Source: an uncultured Gammaproteobacteria bacterium (lineage in GTDB: Bacteria > Pseudomonadota > Gammaproteobacteria > Steroidobacterales > Rariloculaceae). Taken from it: a stretch of 64,000 nt of DNA. Positions 17,594 through 25,696 of the stretch are shown piece after piece; within the stretch, counting starts at the first letter, position 1; every line of letters starts with the position of its first letter. Under the pieces are notes generated by a model. That model was not told the DNA's origin. It was given only the letters and a program-made list of their open reading frames with translations, and did not search any database. Position numbers and translations under genes: made by a program. The stretch covers positions 2,212-66,211 of the forward strand of contig CAYXIJ010000007.1 of the NCBI GenBank assembly GCA_964465375.1, read 5' to 3'.

Positions 17594-19123
17594 CTACGCA
17601 TTCTGAGCGATATCTGGTTGCTGTCGCGCATATCCCGTCGCTTGCTCAAATGCGTAAGCCAACTGTAACACCTCAAAATCCCGATGTCGGCGGCCAACTA
17701 TCTGCAGGCCAATTGGTAACCCATCAGGTGTGAACCCACAAGGTACGGAGATGGCGGGCAATCCAGTGCAAGTGATGGCATAACAAGTCGCCATCCAATC
17801 GATATAGGTTTCCATGGGAATACCATTGATCTCTCTTATCCAATCAATTTCCACTGAGAACGGCGCAACCTGGGAAACGGGCAGAACCAGAAAATCATAT
17901 TTTTCCAGGAAGGATGCAACACGCCTGTAAAGTTCGGTGCGCTGGGCCTCTGCTTCAGCAATATCCCGACTTGTGAGATTGAGCCCTTGCTCTATATTCC
18001 AAACGACGGTGTCTTTGAGGAGACCCTGATGCTGTTTATATTCATCGCGTAAATTTGAAGCGTAACTAGCTGCTCGTAGCGTTTGAAAAATTTTATCCGC
18101 TCCCGAAAAATCTGGCTCGCCATTTTCTGTTCGACAACCAAGATCTTCAAATGTACTACGGGAAGCATTACAGACTTCATTAACTGCGGGCTCCACGCTA
18201 TAGAGACCTAAATTCTCACTCCAAGCAATTGTCGTACCTTGAAAGTCCCTTGCTAAAGGACTGAGAAATTCATCTCCTGGTTCCAGGAGAGAAATAGGAT
18301 CACGAAAATCGGGGCCTGCCATTACCGACATCAGCAAAGCCACATCAAGTACTGTCCTCGCCATGGGACCTTGTACCGGCAAGGTATTCCATGCCCGGGT
18401 GGCCAAGCGCGGTATTCGTCCTGGAGAAGGCCGAAACCCGACAACATTACAAAAACTTGCAGGATTGCGCAGGGAACCACCAAGATCACTCCCGTCAGCA
18501 AGAGGTACCATCCCGCAAGCCAAAGCTACCGCTGCACCACCACTACTTCCACCGCAGGTCTTGGAAAGATCATAGGGATTGCGCGTCACTCCAAAAACCT
18601 CGTTGTATGTCTGGGAACCCGCGCCGAATTCGGGTGTGTTGGTTTTGCCAATAATTATCGCGCCAGCTTTCTTCAGTCTCTCCACAAACAACTCATCGGT
18701 TTCAGGCACAAAATTTTTATAGATTGGAGAGCCGAAGGTTGTACGTATTCCGCTGGTCAGAGCCAAGTCTTTAACCGCAAAGGGAAATCCATGCAAAAGT
18801 CCTGGCACTTGTCCTTTATTGAGCAAGCTGTCTGCATTGCGAGCTTCTGTAAGCAACTCATGTCTAGGCCGTAGTGTTGGAATTGCATTGACCAGCGGAT
18901 TCAACCGTTCAATCTGATCAAGAAAAAACTCCATGACCTCGACTGCAGTCACCTCTCGGCTGCGGAGCATGCGCGCCAATATATTCGCATCAACAAAGTT
19001 CAAATTGTTCAATTCTTGAGCTCTCGCTTCTCCGCCAGTCATACCACCCACCATTACCGCTGACAATCCTGACAAAAAACGCCGCCGTGACAAGTTTCTC
19101 TGTGGTTTTATAGTAGCTTCCAC
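17594..19123 (-). CDS. amidase-signature family amidase with a twin-arginine (Tat) signal
   Basis: 509 aa, GTG start. NLSRRRFLSGLSAVMVGG...ARAQ Tat leader. Amidase signature GGSSGGAAVALACG...GSDLGGSLRNPASFCNVVGF. Confidence 0.85.
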   Translation of the reverse strand: MEATIKPQRNLSRRRFLSGLSAVMVGGMTGGEARAQELNNLNFVDANILARMLRSREVTAVEVMEFFLDQIERLNPLVNAIPTLRPRHELLTEARNADSLLNKGQVPGLLHGFPFAVKDLALTSGIRTTFGSPIYKNFVPETDELFVERLKKAGAIIIGKTNTPEFGAGSQTYNEVFGVTRNPYDLSKTCGGSSGGAAVALACGMVPLADGSDLGGSLRNPASFCNVVGFRPSPGRIPRLATRAWNTLPVQGPMARTVLDVALLMSVMAGPDFRDPISLLEPGDEFLSPLARDFQGTTIAWSENLGLYSVEPAVNEVCNASRSTFEDLGCRTENGEPDFSGADKIFQTLRAASYASNLRDEYKQHQGLLKDTVVWNIEQGLNLTSRDIAEAEAQRTELYRRVASFLEKYDFLVLPVSQVAPFSVEIDWIREINGIPMETYIDWMATCYAITCTGLPAISVPCGFTPDGLPIGLQIVGRRHRDFEVLQLAYAFEQATGYARQQPDIAQNA

Positions 19124-19152
19124 GGAACCAACAGGCCCTCCCCCTCTCCCAT

Positions 19153-19386
19153 CTAAGGTATATCTGGTAGCTCGCCTAAGAGAGTAAAAATCTCTGAAGT
19201 CTCTGGAAAGCGGTTTTCCTTATGTTTAGAGAATATCAGCTGACCATTTGCAACAACGTCAAACACCCCGCCCCCACCCCTGATGAGCTCAATATCGGCC
19301 CCAAGTTGGCCTGCGAGCTCAGCCTCCAAACTGGAAGCCCTAGGTAGGTAATTTCACTTTTCACAGTATTTGATCAAAATCTTCAT
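19153..19386 (-). CDS. SelW-like (Rdx-fold) selenoprotein; in-frame UGA (19354-19356) read as selenocysteine
   Basis: Hand translation of the minus strand gives MKILIKYCEK-U-NYLPRASSLEAELAGQLGADIELIRGGGGVFDVVANGQLIFSKHKENRFPETSEIFTLLGELPDIP, then TAG at 19153-19155. The UGA is the second redox position of a C-x-x-U motif. The blocks YLPRA, GGGGVFDV, LIFSK and RFPE match my recollection of the Rdx/SelW family. The ORF track misses it because of the TGA. Confidence 0.75.
19321..19339 (-). promoter_or_regulatory. candidate bacterial SECIS hairpin downstream of the UGA
   Basis: The mRNA reads GGCUUCCA-GUU-UGGAGGCU, forming 7-8 bp including G.U pairs. The stem starts 14 nt after the UGA. The apical loop contains GU. 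Position and loop content fit the SelB-binding element model. No folding energy was calculated. Confidence 0.45.
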
Positions 19387-19513
19387 ATAGATCTTCTCTC
19401 GTCTTCCCTAACCTTAACTCTGCGCAAGTAGAAAAACCAACTAACTAAACTCACCATTTATTCCAGTTTAATTTCAATGCACACCACTCCTAACCATTAG
19501 CGGCGGTGGACAC

Positions 19514-19849
19514 CTAATCCGAGTCGGGGCCTCGGGGCCCACCAAAGTGCCTAGAACTATTTCCCTCGGCTGATTTAAGCGGCATTGTATGCTTATATAA
19601 TACAAACACAGCAATCCCCACCAGCAAAGGTATTGGATTGAGTATTGTAATGGCGCCCAGCACAGAGCCGAGTATCAAAAATGCCTCGATAAGCCCATGT
19701 ATTCCAGGAAATTTCCTGGAGCGCCCAACTAGAGTACCGCAAGAAATACACCGGACAACAAAGAGTAAACTCAGAAACCTATTAATACTCTGCTCTGAAC
19801 AGGCTGGACAAATACATTTCAAAACACTCATAGTCGCGTATGATGTCAC
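19514..19849 (-). CDS. hypothetical membrane protein with an N-terminal zinc-ribbon-like CPxC...CxxC
   Basis: 111-aa ORF. CPACSEQ...CISCGT is followed by two hydrophobic segments. No family recognised. Confidence 0.35.
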   Translation of the reverse strand: MTSYATMSVLKCICPACSEQSINRFLSLLFVVRCISCGTLVGRSRKFPGIHGLIEAFLILGSVLGAITILNPIPLLVGIAVFVLYKHTMPLKSAEGNSSRHFGGPRGPDSD

Positions 19850-19985
19850 CTGAAAACAAGCAAGCCAAACAAAATAGTTATAATGATGCGGTCCTAACTG
19901 TGATTAAGTGGGGCCTACTCAGATAACTTGAGACTTGCCGCTCATAGGAAAAATTGATGTTTTGGTTTTTTTGGGAGCAAAGTAC

Positions 19986-20195
19986 ATGACATTGTGGAAA
20001 ATTATTTCAGTATCAACCATCTCGGCAATACTGCTATTGGGATCAATTTTTGCTAACGCCCAAGGAGTTGCAGATCAATTAACTGACAGTATGACTTCAG
20101 GCATTAATCTCGCTGCCTTAAGCTTTCTGATCTCAACTGGATCATACCTTATGGCCATCTACATCCTTTCGAAAGTACTGAAACGGTTTGTTTAA
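19986..20195 (+). CDS. hypothetical small exported/membrane protein
   Basis: Start taken at ATG 19986 (MTLWKIISVSTISAILLLGSIFANAQG signal-like leader) plus one C-terminal hydrophobic segment. 69 aa. No family recognised. Confidence 0.3.
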   Translation: MTLWKIISVSTISAILLLGSIFANAQGVADQLTDSMTSGINLAALSFLISTGSYLMAIYILSKVLKRFV

Positions 20196-20552
20196 AAAAA
20201 TTTCCAAGCCAATCAATTTCATAAATGCATGCTCTTCTTTGTCTTTGAAAGAAACTTAACCAGTCAGGCTTTACTTTTCGCACTTAAAGGAACGGTGCCA
20301 ACGTAACAGAAAACACTAAAGGAGAGGGAGTTGGCTACCGGATCTATGCCACTGAGTCAGAGGCGCCGAAGACGGCATTGATTTTGGGGCGGATTAGGAA
20401 GACTCGGCCAAGCTAAAGCATAAGCACCGTTACTTCTCGGTCAGAACGATAGACTCTTCCACCAGCTCAATAGCACATTCCTTTTCTTCTCTTTCTCTTT
20501 GCTCATCCGAAGACAGCAGATGTTATCACCGCTGGTATTGTTGTGGTGGGTG

Positions 20553-21407
20553 TTATGTTGGTGAGAACAGACTCGTCATCAAGGCAGTCAGCGTCAATAC
20601 ACTCACAATAAGACACCATTCCACGGCAACGGATCGGCGAAATGAAATCAGAGAGGCGCCCCTTCCGGCCGCGATCGCTGGACTAAAGCGCCATTTGTTA
20701 AGGGCAGCGAGACCCATCAGCAAACCGAATCCTGCCACCTTAGCGACGAGTGAGAGGCCGTATGCCGTCCACAGATTGTTCAGCTCCTCCAATAGGAAAA
20801 TCGACATTACCAATCCGGCGATGAAGATAATTGGCACCAGCCATGCAGCGATCGACGAAAACTCCTCTATAACTAATGCAATCTCCTTGGCTGACTCTCG
20901 TGCCGATGCCATATAGAGAGGTAGGAGAGCACCAAACCAAAAAGCGATGATCAGCAAATGGATGACTAATAACGCGACTAAAACCCAGCGTTGATCGTGC
21001 GCGGCCGTGTGCCCCATTACCCCAAAGGAAACAACAACGAGCGTCGCACCAATAAGGCTGACTGCCTCTCCCAAACGATTCAGCTTTAACAATCCGAGTA
21101 CCAGCATCACGAGCCCAAGGATCCTGATAGCGTTTGTCGCGCCAACGTCTGAGGTCAAGAGCATTACCTGCAAAGAACCATCGAACATCCCGGAAAAAGA
21201 CCCTGTCATTCGTGCGGGCTGCATCAAATGATGGGCGACCGTAAAAAATCCACCCACGACTGCAACATCTGTGCCAAGCGAACGAACGGCGTTCGTGGAT
21301 CTTACGAGGCTCCCTCCGAAAAGCCACAGAAACATTGCCACGCCAGCCGCCTGCAAGACAGTTACAAAACTGACAGCGCGCAAGCCGATTGCAACAATAT
21401 CAACCAT
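20553..21407 (-). CDS. copD: copper resistance protein CopD family (inner membrane)
   Basis: Start moved to ATG 21407, because the long ORF-track version would overlap copC by 70 nt. It has multiple transmembrane segments and lies directly downstream of copC. Confidence 0.75.
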   Translation of the reverse strand: MVDIVAIGLRAVSFVTVLQAAGVAMFLWLFGGSLVRSTNAVRSLGTDVAVVGGFFTVAHHLMQPARMTGSFSGMFDGSLQVMLLTSDVGATNAIRILGLVMLVLGLLKLNRLGEAVSLIGATLVVVSFGVMGHTAAHDQRWVLVALLVIHLLIIAFWFGALLPLYMASARESAKEIALVIEEFSSIAAWLVPIIFIAGLVMSIFLLEELNNLWTAYGLSLVAKVAGFGLLMGLAALNKWRFSPAIAAGRGASLISFRRSVAVEWCLIVSVLTLTALMTSLFSPT

Positions 21408-21448
21408 CACGCTCCAAAAGCATTTCAACCATCGGCTGGCTAATACTT

Positions 21449-21796
21449 CTAGGCGTCGGCAACAGTGAAACGGAATTCGCCCGAGACGATGTGGGTATCT
21501 GCCCCGACAGCACGCCAACTCACGATGTACTCTCCGGGTGATAGGTCTGAAACACCGACCGCAAACCGTTCGTCTGGCTCACCCGGCAATTCCAACGCTT
21601 GTTCTGCGCCTCCGCCTTCACGAATAGACACCGCCGTTAGTGTGACAGCCTCGGAAAAACCTAAAACGATCTCCTCCGGCGCAACTGTTACTACAACCCC
21701 ATCAGCTGGAATAGACTCCGACAGATAAGTGTGCGCCTGGCCCTGGAGGGCGAACAGCCCAACAGTACTGAGTAAGACCAACTTTAATTTTCTCAT
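21449..21796 (-). CDS. copC: periplasmic copper-binding protein CopC
   Basis: 115 aa. Signal peptide ending QGQA, then a mature N-terminus HTYLSESIPADG. C-terminal VSWRAVGADTHIVSGEFRFTV is typical of CopC. Confidence 0.85.
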   Translation of the reverse strand: MRKLKLVLLSTVGLFALQGQAHTYLSESIPADGVVVTVAPEEIVLGFSEAVTLTAVSIREGGGAEQALELPGEPDERFAVGVSDLSPGEYIVSWRAVGADTHIVSGEFRFTVADA

Positions 21797-21937
21797 ACGA
21801 GTCTCCTATCCATAAGATTGCTACTTTGTAGTATCTGTATGTATACCCTTGCCCAACCAATTCTTCGCCATTCTCGTGTTCCTCAGTCAATATTGTCTAG
21901 AACCAAACCCGAAACCCAACGAAAAAGAGACTAATAA

Positions 21938-22059
21938 TCAGCGATCGAAAAATACGGTGCGAAACCTCGAATAGAGAGGACTGCCCAATCCTCGTCACAA
22001 ATATCACGAATACGCTAATGATTCGCATAGGCAATATACGTGGATTTTTCGATCGCTGA
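21938..22059. repeat. 122-bp intergenic element bounded by perfect 16-bp inverted repeats
   Basis: TCAGCGATCGAAAAAT (21938-21953) and its exact reverse complement ATTTTTCGATCGCTGA (22044-22059) are separated by 90 bp. The element lies in the 355-bp gap upstream of copC. Confidence 0.6.
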
Positions 22060-22151
22060 GCGCAAATTAGAGGCAAATGTCCTTAATTCGGTATCCTTCG
22101 AAAATGATAGTTAAAGGGTGTTCACAAAGAACGAGCATTTCCCCAAATAAG

Positions 22152-22799
22152 CTACAAACCCTCCACAACATGAGCGTATCGAATTGGGCCAAGATCAACC
22201 GCCTCCAGTCCCATGCCTTCGATAATTGCCACTACTGTATCTTTTGCACCTTGATCACTGCCCACCAAGGGTACGGTAACGGGACCACCTGAAGAAGCGG
22301 GATCGACCATCGTCTCCCAGCTCATCGTATTAAATGCCTTTACAACCTTGGCTTCGGGCACCATGGCCTGAATTATCTCTGCATTGGATGACGCAACGGC
22401 ATAGTCTCGCAAACCATCGCTTGATATCACCCTTGGATTAGTAGGATCAATAACGATCTTGCCTGAAAGATCGCCCAGGTTGGGCAATACCTCCTGAACG
22501 GCATTCCATGGTACCGCGAGAACAACTATGTCGGCTTGGGCTGATGCTGTCGCTTGGTCTGTCGCCAAAGCATCATTACCAGTACGTAACAACAGTTCTC
22601 TTACTGCAGGTCGATCTGGGTTACGAGAGCCATATATAATTCGATGTCCCAATGCTGCAAATTCTGGTCCCAGCGCACTAGCCACTTTACCAGTACCAAT
22701 CATTGCCACAGTCTCTGCGACTACCGGTGCCACACCAACACTTCCTATCGCAACAAGTGAGCTAATAATCAGTGCCAGAAAACTTCTAGAAAATAACAT
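22152..22799 (-). CDS. NADP-dependent oxidoreductase of the F420H2:NADP+ oxidoreductase (FNO/NpdG)-like family, with a hydrophobic N-terminal leader
   Basis: The ORF extends to 22907; a likely start is ATG 22799 (MLFSRSFLALIISSLVAIGSVGVAP...). Rossmann MIGTGKVASALG, then DIVVLAVPWNAV and KIVIDPTNP. Confidence 0.65.
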   Translation of the reverse strand: MLFSRSFLALIISSLVAIGSVGVAPVVAETVAMIGTGKVASALGPEFAALGHRIIYGSRNPDRPAVRELLLRTGNDALATDQATASAQADIVVLAVPWNAVQEVLPNLGDLSGKIVIDPTNPRVISSDGLRDYAVASSNAEIIQAMVPEAKVVKAFNTMSWETMVDPASSGGPVTVPLVGSDQGAKDTVVAIIEGMGLEAVDLGPIRYAHVVEGL

Positions 22800-22972
22800 G
22801 ACGTTCAATCCGATAGCTACCAGAGGAAAAGTCATTATGCCAAATGAGGTTACAGGAAAATAGAAACTCCCCAAAATCACCGCGGATCTTGGGCTCAAAG
22901 GTAACATCAGTTCTAAATATAAATACCCCTAGGTAAACTAGGTGTACTAGTGCTGAGTAGAATTTGATATCC

Positions 22973-23866
22973 ATGAATCACACCCACCACGCTGGCATAG
23001 AAAACGACAGGCGATTACTTGCCGCTGTTAGCGTCAATGTCTTATTAACACTGGCACAAGTGATTGGGGGAATCATTTCGGGTAGCTTATCTTTGATTGC
23101 TGATGCCCTTCACAACTTTAGTGACGCCGCATCCTTGGGTATTGCGCTGTTCGCACGAAAAATTAGTCGTAAACCCCCTGATGAATTCAAAACTTTCGGT
23201 TACAAACGAGCCGAAATTGTTGCTGCCCTTATAAACCTTACTCTATTAGTTGTTATTAGTCTCTACTTAATCTATGAAGCGGCTTGGAGGCTGCTAGAAC
23301 CGCAAACAATAACAGCCTGGATTGTTATTTTTGTGGCTACTGTTGCTTTAATTGTGGATACCTTTACCGCGTTAATTACCTACAGCATGTCAAAAGGTAG
23401 TATGAATATGAAGGCGGCATTTCTACACAATCTCTCAGATGCCTTAGTTTCAGTCGGAGTAATTATTTCTGGTGGGTTAATCCTACTCTACAGTTGGTAC
23501 TGGGTAGACACATTGTTGACGTTTGCGATTGCTGGTTTTGTGCTGTGGCAGGGCTTACTTATGCTGCCAAAAACCATCCATTTACTAATGGAAGGTACTC
23601 CAGAAAACTTATCCATAGAAACCATTAAAAAAAGACTAGAAACTGAAGATGGTGTACAAAATGTCCACCACATTCATCTTTGGCATTTGGATGAGAGTCG
23701 CATCGCCCTGGAGGCTCATGTTGTGGTCACCGCACAGAACTTGGAGGATGTCGAGATCCTTAAAGGAGCTCTAAAACAAATGCTAAAGGAAGATTTTGCG
23801 ATCAGTCACTCCACCCTAGAATTTGAAGCCTCGACAGGTGGCAGTTGCGCTGAAACTAGCGCTTAA
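22973..23866 (+). CDS. cation diffusion facilitator (CzcD/ZitB-like) metal efflux transporter
   Basis: ATG 22973 (a TTG at 22964 is also possible). His-rich N-terminus, SLIADALHNFSDA and FLHNLSDALVSVGV transmembrane metal-site motifs, and a C-terminal cytoplasmic domain (HHIHLWHLDESRIALEAHV). Confidence 0.85.
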   Translation: MNHTHHAGIENDRRLLAAVSVNVLLTLAQVIGGIISGSLSLIADALHNFSDAASLGIALFARKISRKPPDEFKTFGYKRAEIVAALINLTLLVVISLYLIYEAAWRLLEPQTITAWIVIFVATVALIVDTFTALITYSMSKGSMNMKAAFLHNLSDALVSVGVIISGGLILLYSWYWVDTLLTFAIAGFVLWQGLLMLPKTIHLLMEGTPENLSIETIKKRLETEDGVQNVHHIHLWHLDESRIALEAHVVVTAQNLEDVEILKGALKQMLKEDFAISHSTLEFEASTGGSCAETSA

Positions 23867-23953
23867 GTATTTATGAGATGATAGGACCGCGAGTGCCGTA
23901 TATATACAATTTGTGTAATATCTTTCAACGAAATCAAAAAACGGAGCAGAGCC

Positions 23954-24928
23954 GTGTACGAAAAATTTCTTAGTATTGCTACCCTTGCGACAATATTTAT
24001 TTTGCCTGTGACAACAAACGCTCAAGGAGGCTTTCTGCTTGGCACAGAAACCATTGCGGACTCGGACTTTCCGGTTGCGTATTACATGGTTGAGACCGTT
24101 GATGGTCTTTACGTTCCCGTGGGTTTACGCAAGCCCAGCGGTAGCGGTCCATTTCCTATTGTTGTTTTCGCTTCCGGCAATGGCGGGGGTGGCCTGGGTT
24201 GGGTAAAAAACTCAAGTCATAACAGGGGCTGGACCCTGGACCGCTTCCTTGATGCCGGTTATGCAGTGGTTTGGATGCGCTACCGCGCGGAAGTTGAACT
24301 CGGATTCAACAAAAATGAGCGGCTAATTAAGGGTGGCCGACAGGGCATGCAAATGTTCAACCGTGGGCCCCTCGAGATCGATGACGAAATTTCAATTGTT
24401 GAATTCTTGAAGACCCTGCCTTTTGTAAATCCGAATCAGGTTGTCCATGTGGGTATGAGTCACGGCGGAGAGATGGCCATGAAGATTACCTCCCAATACC
24501 ACGGACTAGCAGCTGCTGTCGCTAATGAGCCCGCCTCCCATGAATTTCTCGGCCTCACTCCGGACGAAACAGCGTTCATCACTGAAGACACTGGGATGTG
24601 GAACATTGAAGAAATGCAGATGCGCGATGCTGAAGCAACCCGTAACCGGATTAATCTGGATCTCGCACTGGAACGCGTAAGTACAATTACCACACCGATC
24701 CTCGTACATGGTCGCCATGATGATCACCTGCAGGGTATCTTCCGCCTCACCTACGAAGTATTAACCGAGGCGGGCAAAGAAACCGCCTGGAAATCCTATG
24801 ATCATGATGCACACGGGTTCATATATGTAAGCCGAAACGAGGATGGTCAATACCGCCCGGATCCAATTCAAGTTGAAGTGGTGGAAGACACTATCGCGTG
24901 GCTTGATAATCAACTAAAAACTAAATAA
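23954..24928 (+). CDS. exported alpha/beta hydrolase (dienelactone hydrolase / S9 peptidase-like)
   Basis: 324 aa, GTG start, signal peptide ending TNAQ. GMSHGG nucleophile elbow, late HGRHDD and a HDAHGF His. Confidence 0.75.
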   Translation: MYEKFLSIATLATIFILPVTTNAQGGFLLGTETIADSDFPVAYYMVETVDGLYVPVGLRKPSGSGPFPIVVFASGNGGGGLGWVKNSSHNRGWTLDRFLDAGYAVVWMRYRAEVELGFNKNERLIKGGRQGMQMFNRGPLEIDDEISIVEFLKTLPFVNPNQVVHVGMSHGGEMAMKITSQYHGLAAAVANEPASHEFLGLTPDETAFITEDTGMWNIEEMQMRDAEATRNRINLDLALERVSTITTPILVHGRHDDHLQGIFRLTYEVLTEAGKETAWKSYDHDAHGFIYVSRNEDGQYRPDPIQVEVVEDTIAWLDNQLKTK

Positions 24929-25036
24929 ATGAAAAAATAGCCGGAGGGATACTCTCTAGTGCTCTACTGGAACAGAAAAATTACTTTCAGCTGGTTTCCA
25001 GAGGAAAATTAGATGTAGGTTTTTGTTTTACATGTT

Positions 25037-25113
25037 GCGCCCGTAGCTCAGTTGGATAGAGTGTGCGGCTACGAACCGCAAGGTCGGGAGTTCGAATCTC
25101 TCCGGGCGCGCCA
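25037..25113 (+). tRNA. tRNA-Arg (anticodon ACG)
   Basis: Cloverleaf read by hand: acceptor GCGCCCG/CGGGCGC, D arm GCTC-AGTTGGATA-GAGT, anticodon arm TGCGG-CTACGAA-CCGCA, T arm GGGAG-TTCGAAT-CTCTC, discriminator G, encoded CCA. Confidence 0.9.
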
Positions 25114-25201
25114 ACTGAAGCAGGATGTCCCACATATATTGTTGTTTCATGCGCTGCGCATTTCCTATTTAGATACAGACATGAGGCATAGGAGACTACC
25201 C

Positions 25202-25696
25202 ATGACCAAGGTTCAATACGCATTCATCGCCCTAGCGTTAGCTGCAACGGCTTGCTCGCCGCCCGCCCCCGAAACAACGCAACCAGAAACCGCTGCGTCC
25301 TCCGTCCTCGGAGATGCCTCGGCAGTGGCTTCGGCCGCTGCGCCCGGCGTCACCATCACGAGTGGGGAGTTCAATACCAGCGGTGACCAATACGAGGTCA
25401 CCGGTACGTTGCCAAACGGCGATGAGATTGAGATTGATATGGTGCAGTCGAACGGAGCATGGACGGCGATTGAGATCCAACGTGATGTCGCGTGGTCATC
25501 CGTACCGGAGTTGGTCCGCGCCACGGCTGCCGCCGCGCCGGATCTGTTCGAACCGATCCGCGTCATTGAAAGCACACAGACTGCAGACGGCTCGATTGTC
25601 TATGAATTGTTCCGGGCAGCTGAGGATGGAGTTCCTTCTAGAGGGCCGGACATGGAAGTGCGCTGGCATGAAGGAAAAGCAGAAGTGATTCCTTGA
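25202..25696 (+). CDS. lipoprotein, PepSY-like (tentative)
   Basis: Start moved to ATG 25202, which has GGAGA upstream; the ORF-track version reads through the tRNA. Lipobox LAATAC, an Ala/Pro-rich linker, then [22 protein letters not shown] and a second similar half. Distinctly more GC-rich than its surroundings. Confidence 0.55.
   Translation: MTKVQYAFIALALAATACSPPAPETTQPETAASSVLGDASAVASAAAPGVTITSGEFNTSGDQYEVTGTLPNGDEIEIDMVQSNGAWTAIEIQRDVAWSSVPELVRATAAAAPDLFEPIRVIESTQTADGSIVYELFRAAEDGVPSRGPDMEVRWHEGKAEVIP

Noticed and set aside
20346-20381. Mini-ORF MPLSQRRRRRH preceded by AAGGAGAGGGAG.
   Set aside because: It is only 11 codons and the Shine-Dalgarno-like tract is about 20 nt away. Reading through its TGA gives no recognisable continuation, so it is not a second selenoprotein candidate.
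20740-21327. 195-aa alternative-frame minus-strand ORF, plus several plus-strand ORFs, inside copD.
   Set aside because: They overlap the hydrophobic CopD frame. The products are Arg/Trp/Cys-rich. The CopD frame is supported by synteny with copC.
25052-25201. The upstream part of ORF 25052-25696, which would start inside tRNA-Arg.
   Set aside because: The frame merely stays open across the tRNA gene. A proper start (ATG 25202 with GGAGA upstream) directly precedes the lipoprotein signal peptide.
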